The translations under genes and the position numbers were made by a program. DNA of 64,000 nt from a virus, in IMG/VR virus record IMGVR_UViG_3300024350_000006. One strand, written 5' to 3'. The notes beneath the pieces were generated by a model. That model did no database searches. It saw only the letters and a list, made by a program, of their open reading frames with translations, and was not told the DNA's origin. Positions 48,337-58,249 of this stretch are shown here, one piece after another. Each line of letters opens with the position of its first letter. The stretch's first letter is position 1.

Positions 48337-49089
48337 ATGATTATTCAAGGAGTAACACTTAACGGAGTAACAGTAACTGACACTAGGTATGTGACTGCAA
48401 ACTTGCAGTATTACCTGGATGCAGGTAAAACCACAAGCTACAGTGGTAGTGGCACTTCTATCAACAACATTGCTAACACTGCTATATCTACCAGTACCTT
48501 GGCCAATGGCCCTGTGTTCACTTCAGCAGGTAGTAATAGTTATTTTACTTTTGATGGTAGCAATGACACACTTTATACACCCAGTATGATAAGCCTATTT
48601 AACAGCCCAGTTAATAATAATCTCACCCTGGAGGCCTGGGTTTACACTAGCTCTGATAACGGTGTAGTCGTAACCGAACAAGGCGCTAGTCCCATTAATA
48701 GTGGTTGGCACGACAGCCAGATAGAGATAGTGTCAGGTAATCTAAGAGTTTCAGTATGGACTCCCAGTGGCATAAGTCCCCTTACCATTGGCGCGGTCAC
48801 ACGAAATCAATGGCAGCAATATGTTTTAACCTACGATTCCGCCACGTCTACTCTACGTGGTTATATAAATGGGTCAACAACCGCAAGCCTGACTGGAGTT
48901 TCAAGAGACAGTCCACAGGAAGGGTTTGCCTCAGAGTTGTACTACGCTTTGATGTGTGCAGACGGAACCAGTCTTGGTGATGGCAGCTCATTGGCAGGTC
49001 GTTGGAGTATATTCCGTGTATATAATCGAGCACTCTCCGCGGCTGAAGTTCTGCAGAACTACAATGCTGAGGTTGGTAGATATAGTTAG
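48337..49089 (+). CDS. LamG/concanavalin-like lectin protein
   Basis: FDGSND, TLEAWV, YING, RVYNRALSAAEVLQNY. Confidence 0.85.
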   Translation: MIIQGVTLNGVTVTDTRYVTANLQYYLDAGKTTSYSGSGTSINNIANTAISTSTLANGPVFTSAGSNSYFTFDGSNDTLYTPSMISLFNSPVNNNLTLEAWVYTSSDNGVVVTEQGASPINSGWHDSQIEIVSGNLRVSVWTPSGISPLTIGAVTRNQWQQYVLTYDSATSTLRGYINGSTTASLTGVSRDSPQEGFASELYYALMCADGTSLGDGSSLAGRWSIFRVYNRALSAAEVLQNYNAEVGRYS

Positions 49090-49165
49090 TTTTGAGTTAT
49101 AGCAGTACAGCTATATTACCACATATCAGTACCAAATAAATACTAGATAACTAACAAGAGATATA

Positions 49166-51994
49166 ATGGCATTAACTCGCCCCACATTTGATCAGACACT
49201 GAGCACTAAAATTGAGATCACCGATCCCGTGGTGATGATCAATAAAGGTGGAAACACGGCCCGAGATCTGGGATTTTTAATTGATCGTAGCTATCTAGCT
49301 CAATCCAATGTCGCCATAATTTTTAAACACAGTGATCAAACACTGCACTTTGTAACTACCGACGGAGGTGGGGACACTAACGGTAGTTTTACTATTAATA
49401 CTAAAGTGGACATCAGCACGGGAAATATTAGTGCAGGTAACCTTAACCTAACAGGAAATATAACCACAGGATCGGGCACCACTCAGTTTACAGGTAATCT
49501 TATTCCCAGTGCCAACATTACCTATGATCTAGGTTCAGCTACCAATCGCTGGCGCGATATCTTTTTAAGTGGCAACACTATTAATCTAGGTGGCGCTAGT
49601 ATTAAAACAGATGCTAGCAGTGGAGCTATTGCCCTTATACCTCCTAGCACTGCGTCTAATCCTAATCCCACAGGTGTAGTAATTAGTCCAGTAGGTAGTA
49701 TTACAACGGTGGCCACCACGGGCGGAGAAATATCAGGAAATAATCTAGCTAATGCTGCAAATACAGCAGCCACCAACCAGACAACAACGCTATCTAATTT
49801 AATCGTTGATGGTAATTTAACTTTTAACAAATACATTGTAGGAAATTTAATACCTAATGTCAATGTTAGTTATAGTCTAGGTAATAGCACTAATAGATTT
49901 AAAGACCTTTGGGTAGCTAATAGTTCAATATATCTAGGTAATATTGTTTTGAGTGCAACTGATACTGCTCTTAAAATTAATAATGTAGAAGTTCAAAGTT
50001 TATACACACTTAGTAGCATAAACGCTGCAAACATAAGCGGACAGGTGGCAAATGCACTAGTAGCTGGTACAGTTTACACCAATGCACAGCCTAATATTAC
50101 TTCTTTGGGAACACTGGCAAGTCTATCAGTTACTGGTAATATTAGTGCAGGTAACATTAGTGCTACTGGTATAAGTGGTACACTATCTACTGCAAGTCAG
50201 ACAAATATAACCGCAGTTGGCACACTGGACAGTTTATCAGTTACTGGTAATATTAGTGCAGGTAACATTAGTGCAACTGGCATTTCAGGAACATTATCAA
50301 CAGCAGCACAAACTAATATAACAAGTGTGGGTACACTCGGTAGTCTTGCTGTAACAGGAAATATTAGTGCAGGTAATATTAGTGCAACTGGTATTTCAGG
50401 TACACTATCTACTGCAAGTCAAACTAATATAACCGCAGTTGGCACACTGGACAGTTTAATAGTTACCGGAAATATAACAAGTAGCACAGGCAATTTTATT
50501 GGTAACGGCGCACTGCTTACTGGACTACCAGCTAGCTATGCAAATACCAATGTCGCAAGCTACCTTCCAACGTACACAGGAAATATATCCGCTGGTAATA
50601 TTAGCGTAACCACAAACGTCAGTGTCACTGGAAATATTAGTGCTAGTTATCTACTAGGTAACGGAAGCCAGTTAACTGGTTTATCATCATCATATTCTAA
50701 CACCAATGTAGCTAGTTATCTACCTACATACTCAGGAAATCTAGGTGGTACATTGACCACGGCATCACAGCCCTATATCACTGGGCTGGGTACACTCGGT
50801 AGTCTTGCTGTAACAGGAAATATTAGTGCAGGTAATATTAGTGCAACTGGTATTTCAGGTACTTTATCAACAGCAGCACAAACTAATATAACAAGTGTGG
50901 GTACACTAGGTAGTCTATCAGTTACTGGTAATATTAGTGCAGCTAATCTTACAACTACTGCCAATGTATTTGCAAGTACTTTATATACTACTGACGGTAT
51001 ACGATGGTCTGGCAATGGTAATTTGTTCTCCTCGGGGACTAGTTTAACATTTACGTCATCTACAGCGCCACCGGCGAGTGGCAACGTCAAAGGTGATAAA
51101 TGGTATAATACCAGTGATGATACACTATACGAATACATAAACGATGGAACCACTAGTTACTGGGTGGATATACAGTCTGGACTAATAAATGGAAACGCCA
51201 GCGGCACTATTGGCCCAACCACTGTTGATGGCAATCTAACAGTACTAGGAAACCTTATTAGCGTTAATACTGTGGGTGATATAGTCTCTGTTACAGGTAA
51301 CGTTACACTAACTTCGACAGCTTTTGGTAAAATACACGTATGCACTGGAACTACAGCAGATTATACTATAATATTACCTGCTGCCTCAGGCAACACAGGT
51401 AAAATTATTACTTTTCAGATGAGTAACGCTCTAACTAAATTAGTGACACTAGACGGAAACGCCAGTGAAACTATTGACGGATCGTTAACAAGAATTATGT
51501 GGGCTAATGAAGCAGCTACATTATATTGTAATGGCACTAGCTGGACTAAGATTGCCGGGAAGTCTGTTCCTATGAATGTTTTATTATATAAAACCGGAGG
51601 AAACCAATCAGTGGGCAGTGGTGTAGCTACAAAATTAACTCTAGAAACTTTAGGAGCTAATACTGCACCAGCTGCAATGTATGATACTTCTTTATCTAGG
51701 ATAAAAATTGTAAGACCGGGGCTATATAACATAACACATTCAGGTAGAATTACAAACATAAGCACAAGTACTAATTCTGAAACACTAGGGTATAAAAATG
51801 GATCAGAATATGCAATTACAAGTAGATATATGACAACAGGGGATTGGGGATCTTGTCAATTTTCTATGTTAGTCTCTGCGGTAGTAAATGACTATTTCGA
51901 AACATACGTAAGACAATACTCCGGTGGTAATCAAAATTTTCTAAGTGGGGACTTTATGAACTCTATCTATGCTTACGAGACATCTGTATGGTAA
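49166..51994 (+). CDS. Tail fibre with tandem repeats and C1q-like C-terminus
   Basis: YDLGS...RWRDI motifs, 37 aa repeats, GDKWY..D, KIVRPGLYNI. Confidence 0.85.
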   Translation: MALTRPTFDQTLSTKIEITDPVVMINKGGNTARDLGFLIDRSYLAQSNVAIIFKHSDQTLHFVTTDGGGDTNGSFTINTKVDISTGNISAGNLNLTGNITTGSGTTQFTGNLIPSANITYDLGSATNRWRDIFLSGNTINLGGASIKTDASSGAIALIPPSTASNPNPTGVVISPVGSITTVATTGGEISGNNLANAANTAATNQTTTLSNLIVDGNLTFNKYIVGNLIPNVNVSYSLGNSTNRFKDLWVANSSIYLGNIVLSATDTALKINNVEVQSLYTLSSINAANISGQVANALVAGTVYTNAQPNITSLGTLASLSVTGNISAGNISATGISGTLSTASQTNITAVGTLDSLSVTGNISAGNISATGISGTLSTAAQTNITSVGTLGSLAVTGNISAGNISATGISGTLSTASQTNITAVGTLDSLIVTGNITSSTGNFIGNGALLTGLPASYANTNVASYLPTYTGNISAGNISVTTNVSVTGNISASYLLGNGSQLTGLSSSYSNTNVASYLPTYSGNLGGTLTTASQPYITGLGTLGSLAVTGNISAGNISATGISGTLSTAAQTNITSVGTLGSLSVTGNISAANLTTTANVFASTLYTTDGIRWSGNGNLFSSGTSLTFTSSTAPPASGNVKGDKWYNTSDDTLYEYINDGTTSYWVDIQSGLINGNASGTIGPTTVDGNLTVLGNLISVNTVGDIVSVTGNVTLTSTAFGKIHVCTGTTADYTIILPAASGNTGKIITFQMSNALTKLVTLDGNASETIDGSLTRIMWANEAATLYCNGTSWTKIAGKSVPMNVLLYKTGGNQSVGSGVATKLTLETLGANTAPAAMYDTSLSRIKIVRPGLYNITHSGRITNISTSTNSETLGYKNGSEYAITSRYMTTGDWGSCQFSMLVSAVVNDYFETYVRQYSGGNQNFLSGDFMNSIYAYETSVW
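50120..50940 (+). repeat. 111 bp (37 aa) coding repeats
   Basis: Units start at 50120, 50231, 50342, 50453 (partial), 50801 and 50912 (partial). Confidence 0.9.
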
Positions 51995-52022
51995 ACTACA
52001 CTAAAATATTTTAGGATAAAAA

Positions 52023-52451
52023 ATGGCATTTCCAACAGCACCAACTAATGGGCAAACTGCTACAGTTAATGGTATACTCTATGCCTATAATTCTACCACT
52101 AATTCCTGGAAGAGGCAGCTCTTATCTAATCTATCGGTAACTGGAATTTCGGGCACTAGTATAACAGTAACTGGCAATGCCACAGTGGCTAATTTAAATT
52201 TAACAGGAAATCTAGTTGACACTGGCGCACTATCAATAATTACAGGGGCCAGTGGCAACGTAACGCTAGCACCTAATGGTACCAGCGTGTTGGTTACTAC
52301 AACTACTGGTGCTAACGTAACAGGTACATTTAACGCAACTGGTAATATTACGGGAAACGTCTTTTTAGGTAATGGAAGTCAGTTAACAGGTATTGCAACA
52401 GGGGCTAGCAATGCTAGAGCTGTTGGTTTTAGTTTAGTCTTTGGAGGATAA
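52023..52451 (+). CDS. Short fibre-like virion protein
   Basis: MAFPTAPTNGQ...W N-terminus, GNGSQLTG motif shared with both long fibres. Confidence 0.75.
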   Translation: MAFPTAPTNGQTATVNGILYAYNSTTNSWKRQLLSNLSVTGISGTSITVTGNATVANLNLTGNLVDTGALSIITGASGNVTLAPNGTSVLVTTTTGANVTGTFNATGNITGNVFLGNGSQLTGIATGASNARAVGFSLVFGG

Positions 52452-52454
52452 AAA

Positions 52455-52826
52455 ATGGCAGCACCAAATTTAATCGGCGCAGCAACTATAAATGGAAAAA
52501 CAACCGGTGCTAATCTTAGTACAACCGCAGCAACTTCAATATTGAGTAATGCTGCTAACTCAGGTAAGTGTTTAAAAATAAACACATTAAACGCAGCAAA
52601 CTTTACTGCTACAGCAGCTAACATATCTATCAATTTTAATACAGCAGCAGCACTAGCTGGTACTAATTTACCAATTGCTAACACACTTACAGTGCCAGCT
52701 TATAGTACTTTGTCCATCATTGATAAAAGTACCCAATATTACTTGGAGGAAAATCAAAGCATAGGGGCAACAGCAGGTACATCTAATGCTATCACAATAA
52801 CAATAAGCTATGAGGATATAAGCTAA
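52455..52826 (+). CDS. Virion protein in the fibre block
   Basis: GGAGG SD; YLEE...ISYEDIS. Confidence 0.7.
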   Translation: MAAPNLIGAATINGKTTGANLSTTAATSILSNAANSGKCLKINTLNAANFTATAANISINFNTAAALAGTNLPIANTLTVPAYSTLSIIDKSTQYYLEENQSIGATAGTSNAITITISYEDIS

Positions 52827-53773
52827 TGGGGAAAAGGTATCGCGGCGGATTGATGTCAGCAACAGTAGTTGCGCCTTCATCTACCTCGGCGCCATATAAA
52901 TGGAATCTAGCCGAGGCTGCTCAGCAAAAAACTTCTGGCGCTTGGCCTGGTGGTAGTATCACTGTAGAGTGGTTGATAGTGGCTGGTGGTGGCGGTGGCG
53001 GGGTTTTTATTGGCGGTGGCGGTGGCGCAGGTGGTATGCGAACTGGTACTGATACCTTGGTAACTGGTACAGCCTACACAGTCACAGTGGGTGCAGGGGC
53101 TGGGTCACAGGGCACAGGTAGTAACTCAGTGTTTGGTGCATATACTGCCAATGGTGGTGGTAACGGTGGTAGAGCAGATGCTGCACCAGGTGCTGGTGCG
53201 GGTGGTTCAGGCGGTGGTGGTGCAGGACCCAACAACACAGGTGGCGCGGCTGGTAATACACCTGCAACATCTCCTAGCCAGGGTGCCAGTGGTGGTAGTG
53301 GTGGTGGATCAGGTGGCGGCGGTCGAGCTGCTGGTGGTGGTGGAGGTGGTGGCGGAGCATCTGGAACCACAGGATCAAATTGGGTAAATGGCACAACTGG
53401 TGGTACTGGTGGCGCCGGCACATTATCTTCTATTACGGGCGTAAGTACAAGATACGCAGGTGGTGGTAGTGGTGGCGCTGACGGTGGTGGCGGTACTGTG
53501 ACTGGTGGTTCCGGTGGCGGCGGTGATGGTAAAGGCAGTGCGGCTGGTGGAAATGGAACTGCTAACCTAGGTGGCGGTGGTGGTGGTGCTGGCGCTCCAG
53601 CATCAAGTGGGGGAAGTGGGGGATCTGGTGTGGTAATCATAGCCTATCCTTCTTCAGGACCCAATCTATCCACGATCGGTGCTGGACTAACTTGGACACT
53701 GGACAACGGTGTTACTAGATCAGGCTACAAAGTTTATAGATTTACAGCAGGAACAGGCACAATTACTTGGTGA
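52826..53773 (+). CDS. Glycine-rich tail protein
   Basis: LIVAGGGGGG, GGSGVVIIAYP, YRFT. Confidence 0.85.
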   Translation: MGKRYRGGLMSATVVAPSSTSAPYKWNLAEAAQQKTSGAWPGGSITVEWLIVAGGGGGGVFIGGGGGAGGMRTGTDTLVTGTAYTVTVGAGAGSQGTGSNSVFGAYTANGGGNGGRADAAPGAGAGGSGGGGAGPNNTGGAAGNTPATSPSQGASGGSGGGSGGGGRAAGGGGGGGGASGTTGSNWVNGTTGGTGGAGTLSSITGVSTRYAGGGSGGADGGGGTVTGGSGGGGDGKGSAAGGNGTANLGGGGGGAGAPASSGGSGGSGVVIIAYPSSGPNLSTIGAGLTWTLDNGVTRSGYKVYRFTAGTGTITW

Positions 53774-53779
53774 TAATCA

Positions 53780-54151
53780 ATGGCACATTACGCATTTCTA
53801 GATGAAAATTATGTTGTAACAGAAGTTATAACAGGAAAAGACGAAGATGAAGGTCTTTATGACTGGGAAAAGTTTTATGCAAGTGAACGTGGTCAGATGT
53901 GTAAACGTACCAGTTATAATACCTGGGGCGGGCAGCACAAAGAAGGAGGCACTCCTTTTCGTAAAAATTATGCAATTATAGGCGGTATCTATGACCCAGA
54001 TCGTGATGCATTTATACCTCCACGTGATTTTCCAAGCTGGATTTTAAATGAAACAACCTGCCTCTGGGAAGCACCAGTTCCTTATCCCAATGATGGCCAG
54101 ACTTATTTTTGGAACGAGCAAGATCAGATCTGGTCTATTAGGTTAGGTTAA
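53780..54151 (+). CDS. Fibre-associated small protein, paralogue 1
   Basis: MAHYA...RKNYA..G..YD..RDAFIPP. Confidence 0.8.
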   Translation: MAHYAFLDENYVVTEVITGKDEDEGLYDWEKFYASERGQMCKRTSYNTWGGQHKEGGTPFRKNYAIIGGIYDPDRDAFIPPRDFPSWILNETTCLWEAPVPYPNDGQTYFWNEQDQIWSIRLG

Positions 54152-54174
54152 CATATTAATAATAGGAAAATACA

Positions 54175-54540
54175 ATGGCACATTTTGCTAAAATTGGTAT
54201 TGACAACATTGTGCTAGAAGTGCTGGTTGTCAATAATATAGATACAATGACTCCGCAGGGAGAAGAACGAGAAGAAATTGGTGTAGAGTTTTTACGAAAA
54301 TTAACTGGACACGAATCCTGGAAGCAAACTTCTTATAATGGAAATTTTAGAAAAAACTATGCTGGAGTTGGTTACACTTATGACTCGGCCCGCAATGCAT
54401 TTATTCCACCAAAAAATTTCCCAAGCTGGGTGTTAAATGAAGATACGTGTCGTTGGGAAGCACCAGTACCTTATCCTAATGATGGATCGCCCTATTACTG
54501 GAACGAGCAAGATCAGATCTGGTCACCTAGACTGGATTAA
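54175..54540 (+). CDS. Fibre-associated small protein, paralogue 2
   Basis: MAHFA...RKNYAG.GY.YD..RNAFIPP. Confidence 0.8.
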   Translation: MAHFAKIGIDNIVLEVLVVNNIDTMTPQGEEREEIGVEFLRKLTGHESWKQTSYNGNFRKNYAGVGYTYDSARNAFIPPKNFPSWVLNEDTCRWEAPVPYPNDGSPYYWNEQDQIWSPRLD

Positions 54541-54556
54541 CCGTTTGTCTTGACAG

Positions 54557-54602
54557 AAACTGGCTGAATAGCATACTATATGCTTATTCTACCAGTTTTT
54601 TT
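54557..54602 (+). terminator. Long imperfect hairpin terminator
   Basis: AAACTGG..GAATAGCATA / TATGCTTATTC..CCAGTTT followed by a T-run. Confidence 0.65.
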
Positions 54603-54619
54603 ACCTATAAATAATTTCT

Positions 54620-56392
54620 ATGATATTTGCTGTTTTTACTTTAATAACGGCTTTAACCATTTCAGCCGTGGCTGCCTACTATAGTATAGTAGGCCTTACT
54701 GCTATTTTCTCTGCGGCAGTAATACCTATCATCATTATGGGTGCCAGTCTAGAAGTTGGTAAGGTTGTGGCAGCGGTCTGGTTAAAGTTAAACTGGCAAC
54801 GTGCCAAATTGACCTATAAACTCTATCTGGTACCAGCTGTGGCTTTTTTGATGCTGTTAACCAGTATGGGTATTTTTGGTTTCCTAAGTAAAGCACACAG
54901 CGACCAAAGTTTAGTATCTGGTGATGCTATCAGCAAGGTCGCCATCTACGATGAAAAAATTAACACCGAAAAGGAAAATATCAATCAGGCCAAAAAAGCA
55001 CTGGAGCAGATGAACGCTCAAGTAGATCAGATGTTAAGTAGAACTGACAGTGAGCGTGGTACTGAACGTGCAGTTGCAGTAAGAAAACAACAGGCCAAGG
55101 AACGTGCAGAACTACAGACCAACATTAATCGTAGCCAGAAAGAAATACAACGATTACAAGCAGAAAGGGCTCCCCTGGCTGCTGAATCTCGAAAAGTCGA
55201 GGCTGAAGTTGGGCCCATCAAATACATTGCTGCTCTACTCTATGGGGATAATCCTGACCAGAATATTCTGGAACGAGCAGTGCGCTGGGTAATTATAATT
55301 ATTGTTCTAGTCTTTGATCCCTTGGCTCTAGTATTGATACTGGCAGCACAACAGAGCTTTAACTGGGCTAGAGAAGACAAGGCACGGCAGCAGGAAGAAG
55401 CTTTGAAAAAGTCCAATGAGGACGAAAAAACCGAACTGGGAGATAAATCGCAAGAGGAATCTCATACGGCGAAGGCAGGGGATGGAAACCTGACACCTCA
55501 AGAAGACACTGTTGCCAGTGAACAAGAATTTTTTGATCGTAGTAAACTAGTAGCTAGGGCTCTAGATCTAGAAGATGAACAACAAAGAGCAGAACAAGCT
55601 AATCAGGCCTTGAGTGAAATACCAGCCGAGGAAGTTCTAGTTGATCTAGCCCCAGAACCGTCATCCACTGCTTATCCGGCCGATGATGGTGTTCTTAGCG
55701 CAGCACAACTGGAACAGATCAAGCAGTCCGTGGATACAAATGAAGAAATGGCCAGTGATAAACTGGAACTTTCTAACTTAAACACTGTTTTGGAGAAACA
55801 ACAAGAACAGGAAAAAGAAGTTATTACGCCCAGTCTTACTCAGCAAGTAGAAATGGAATTCGAGCAGGATCAAGCCAAGGAGGAAGAAAAGTCTGTTGAA
55901 GTGGCACAAGTTATAGAGGACAAGCCACCACCTCCCCAGCCTGACACCAGTCCGGCAGAATCAGTTAAAATTAAAAAAATGGAAGGCGGTTACTGGGACG
56001 TAAACAGCAAGATAATGAGCACCGAGGTACTCAGTGTAACCAATCCTGAATTATATAAAAAGTATGTGCTTGAGGCAGACAATGTAGACGCTGAGGACAT
56101 AACTAGTGGTTTTGGTACTAGTTTTCCACATCAACCACGTCGTGGAGATATGTTTCTAAGAGTGGACTACCAACCAAACAAATTATTTAAATTTAATGGC
56201 GTTAAATGGATAGAAATAAATAAAGACAGTACCAACGTTTACGCCTATGACGAACAGTATCTAAATTTCCTAATTGAAAAATTACGTTCGGGGGAATATG
56301 ATCTAGATCAGCTTTCGGAAACAGAACGTGAACTTGTAGAAAATAAACTCAATAATATTGTACATCAAGAAAGTAAAAATGACAACACCTAA
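54620..56392 (+). CDS. Multi-TM coiled-coil protein with acidic linker
   Basis: Three N-terminal TMs, coiled coil, TM VFDPLA, GDMFLRVD C-domain; TATAAATA at 54606. Confidence 0.8.
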   Translation: MIFAVFTLITALTISAVAAYYSIVGLTAIFSAAVIPIIIMGASLEVGKVVAAVWLKLNWQRAKLTYKLYLVPAVAFLMLLTSMGIFGFLSKAHSDQSLVSGDAISKVAIYDEKINTEKENINQAKKALEQMNAQVDQMLSRTDSERGTERAVAVRKQQAKERAELQTNINRSQKEIQRLQAERAPLAAESRKVEAEVGPIKYIAALLYGDNPDQNILERAVRWVIIIIVLVFDPLALVLILAAQQSFNWAREDKARQQEEALKKSNEDEKTELGDKSQEESHTAKAGDGNLTPQEDTVASEQEFFDRSKLVARALDLEDEQQRAEQANQALSEIPAEEVLVDLAPEPSSTAYPADDGVLSAAQLEQIKQSVDTNEEMASDKLELSNLNTVLEKQQEQEKEVITPSLTQQVEMEFEQDQAKEEEKSVEVAQVIEDKPPPPQPDTSPAESVKIKKMEGGYWDVNSKIMSTEVLSVTNPELYKKYVLEADNVDAEDITSGFGTSFPHQPRRGDMFLRVDYQPNKLFKFNGVKWIEINKDSTNVYAYDEQYLNFLIEKLRSGEYDLDQLSETERELVENKLNNIVHQESKNDNT

Positions 56393-57101
56393 AATATCTA
56401 TCTTATTACCCACACGCAAAAGAACGCAGGCACTAGTTCGTAGTCTTAATAGTCTACTTGCAAGTGCAGATGACACCAGTAGAATAGAAGTATTGATAGC
56501 ATATGATGAGGATGATGAAGAAAGTAAAAGTTTTTTTGCTAACATCTGGCCTGGCTATCTAGATCAATGCAAGGCAACCTCCAGAATTTTTGAAACCGAA
56601 AGATTTGGTTATACTAGGTTAAACCGATACGTAAACTTGTTAGCAGAAAATGCTAGCGGCGAGTGGTTATTTTTCTGGAACGACGATGCACTTATGGAAA
56701 CTGATGGCTGGGACACAGAGGTTATCAAACACACTGGATATCCTGGTCTACTAAGAATGCCCTGTAGTACAATGAATCATCCCTTTGCTTTATTTCCCGT
56801 GGTTAACCGTCGCTGGCTAGACCTCTTTGGAGAGTTAAGTCCAGTGAGTCACAGTGATTGGTGGATTTATAATGTCACAGCACCATTGGGCCTAGTTAAA
56901 AATATACCCGTAACTGTCTACCACGATCGTGCAGATGTTACTGGTAATAATGCAGATGAAACCTATGCCGAACGTAGTTATAGTGCCGACGGCCAAAACC
57001 CCACAGATCCCTACGATTATTCGCATCCAGAACGTAGACAGGATTTAGTAAAATGGATAGAAAAGTTGCGTGAGCACTGTAATGAATTAGTGGATGTCTA
57101 G
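56379..57101 (+). CDS. Glycosyltransferase family 2
   Basis: ISILLPTR, YDEDD, GEWLFFWNDD. Confidence 0.85.
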   Translation: MTTPKISILLPTRKRTQALVRSLNSLLASADDTSRIEVLIAYDEDDEESKSFFANIWPGYLDQCKATSRIFETERFGYTRLNRYVNLLAENASGEWLFFWNDDALMETDGWDTEVIKHTGYPGLLRMPCSTMNHPFALFPVVNRRWLDLFGELSPVSHSDWWIYNVTAPLGLVKNIPVTVYHDRADVTGNNADETYAERSYSADGQNPTDPYDYSHPERRQDLVKWIEKLREHCNELVDV

Positions 57102-57336
57102 GAACTTTATGGAAAAAATGATATCAGGACTTAACGTATTTGTTAAAAACGACAACGTGGAACAGGCGCTTAGACGTCTTAAAAAGAAAGTTGCTAATTC
57201 TGGTAAGTTACAGGAAATTAAAGATCGAGAACAGTACGAAAAACCCACCACCCGCCGCAAGCGGAAAAAAGCAGCAGCTAAAAATCGTTGGCAGAAAAAA
57301 CTTGCCAGCGAGCGCCTACCACGTCAGCTCTATTAA
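57094..57336 (+). CDS. rpsU: Ribosomal protein bS21
   Basis: V.NDNVEQALRRLKKK...GKLQE...YEKPTTRRKRKKAAA. Confidence 0.92.
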   Translation: MSRNFMEKMISGLNVFVKNDNVEQALRRLKKKVANSGKLQEIKDREQYEKPTTRRKRKKAAAKNRWQKKLASERLPRQLY

Positions 57337-57380
57337 GCAGTTCACCAAAAATATTGTATTTTCACCCTAGATAGTTTATA

Positions 57381-57449
57381 ATAAATACAGTTGTAGATGC
57401 CCGGTTGGGGTCTACAACAATCTTGCTTATTTTTAAGGAGAAAACAATG
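57381..57449 (+). promoter_or_regulatory. Late promoter plus ROSE-like RNA thermometer 5'UTR
   Basis: ATAAATA; hairpin GTTGTAGA/TCTACAAC; second hairpin TCTTGCTTA pairing with TAAGGAGA with a bulged G. Confidence 0.75.
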
Positions 57450-57890
57450 AAGCAATATTCTATTCAAACTCTTGACCTTCCTAGTTTTGTACGCAACAGC
57501 GTGGGCTTTGATCGCCTATTTGAAGATCTTGGTCGCACCTTTGCCAACAGTCGTAGCGGAGAAAACTATCCTCCCTACAACATTAGTAAACTAGACGACA
57601 CCCATTGGGTGATCGAGGTTGCAGTGGCTGGTTTCGCCGAAGATGAGATTGACGTCGAACTTAAAGAGTCAACACTCACTATCCGCGGCACTCGTGAAAC
57701 CAATGACAAAGACATTGAGTACATTCACAAGGGTATCAGCTCACGCAGTTTTGAGCGCACCTACACTCTAGGTGCTCACGTAGAAGTTCGTGGTGCTACT
57801 GTAAAAAATGGTATTCTTAGCGTGGCTCTTGAACAGGTAATTCCTGAAGAAGAGCGTGCCAAGAAGATCCCCATTACTTTTACTAAGTAA
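57447..57890 (+). CDS. Small heat-shock protein (Hsp20/IbpA-like)
   Basis: VGFDRLF, YPPYNI, AVAGF, YIHKGIS.RSF, NGIL; start reassigned to follow AAGGAG. Confidence 0.95.
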   Translation: MKQYSIQTLDLPSFVRNSVGFDRLFEDLGRTFANSRSGENYPPYNISKLDDTHWVIEVAVAGFAEDEIDVELKESTLTIRGTRETNDKDIEYIHKGISSRSFERTYTLGAHVEVRGATVKNGILSVALEQVIPEEERAKKIPITFTK

Positions 57891-57943
57891 ACACGCACAG
57901 GGGCCTGTCCCCTGTGTGTCCATATACCTATCAAGATAACATT

Positions 57944-58249
57944 ATGTCAGATACAGAAACAGTAGTAAAGATCAAGACTCGCGAAGATATCAAGGAACCA
58001 CTTAGATATCACGTTATCTATCTTAATGATGAAGTAACCACACAGGAATTTGTAGTTGAAAGTCTTGTGGCAGTGTTTAATTATGATAGAATTACTGCTG
58101 AGGAACTTACAATGAAGATTCATCACGAAGGTAGTTCCATAGTGGCCACACTTCCTTATGAAATGGCCGAACAAAAAGGTGTGGAAGTAACTCTACTGGC
58201 TCGTAACAACGGCTATCCCCTTGTAGTTAAACTAGAACCCGAGGCCTAG
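57944..58249 (+). CDS. clpS: N-degron adaptor ClpS
   Basis: YHVIYLNDEVTTQEFVV, IHHEG, EMAEQK, GYPL. Confidence 0.92.
   Translation: MSDTETVVKIKTREDIKEPLRYHVIYLNDEVTTQEFVVESLVAVFNYDRITAEELTMKIHHEGSSIVATLPYEMAEQKGVEVTLLARNNGYPLVVKLEPEA

Noticed and set aside
53074-53640. Proline-rich minus-strand ORF
   Set aside because: Shadow of GGT/GGC codons in the glycine-rich gene.
50120-54540. Diversity-generating retroelement TR/VR pair
   Set aside because: No RT in the window; the repeats are all coding and the differences are not adenine-specific.
57405-57446. Track start of hsp20 at 57405
   Set aside because: That TTG lies within the 5' hairpin; the SD supports ATG 57447.
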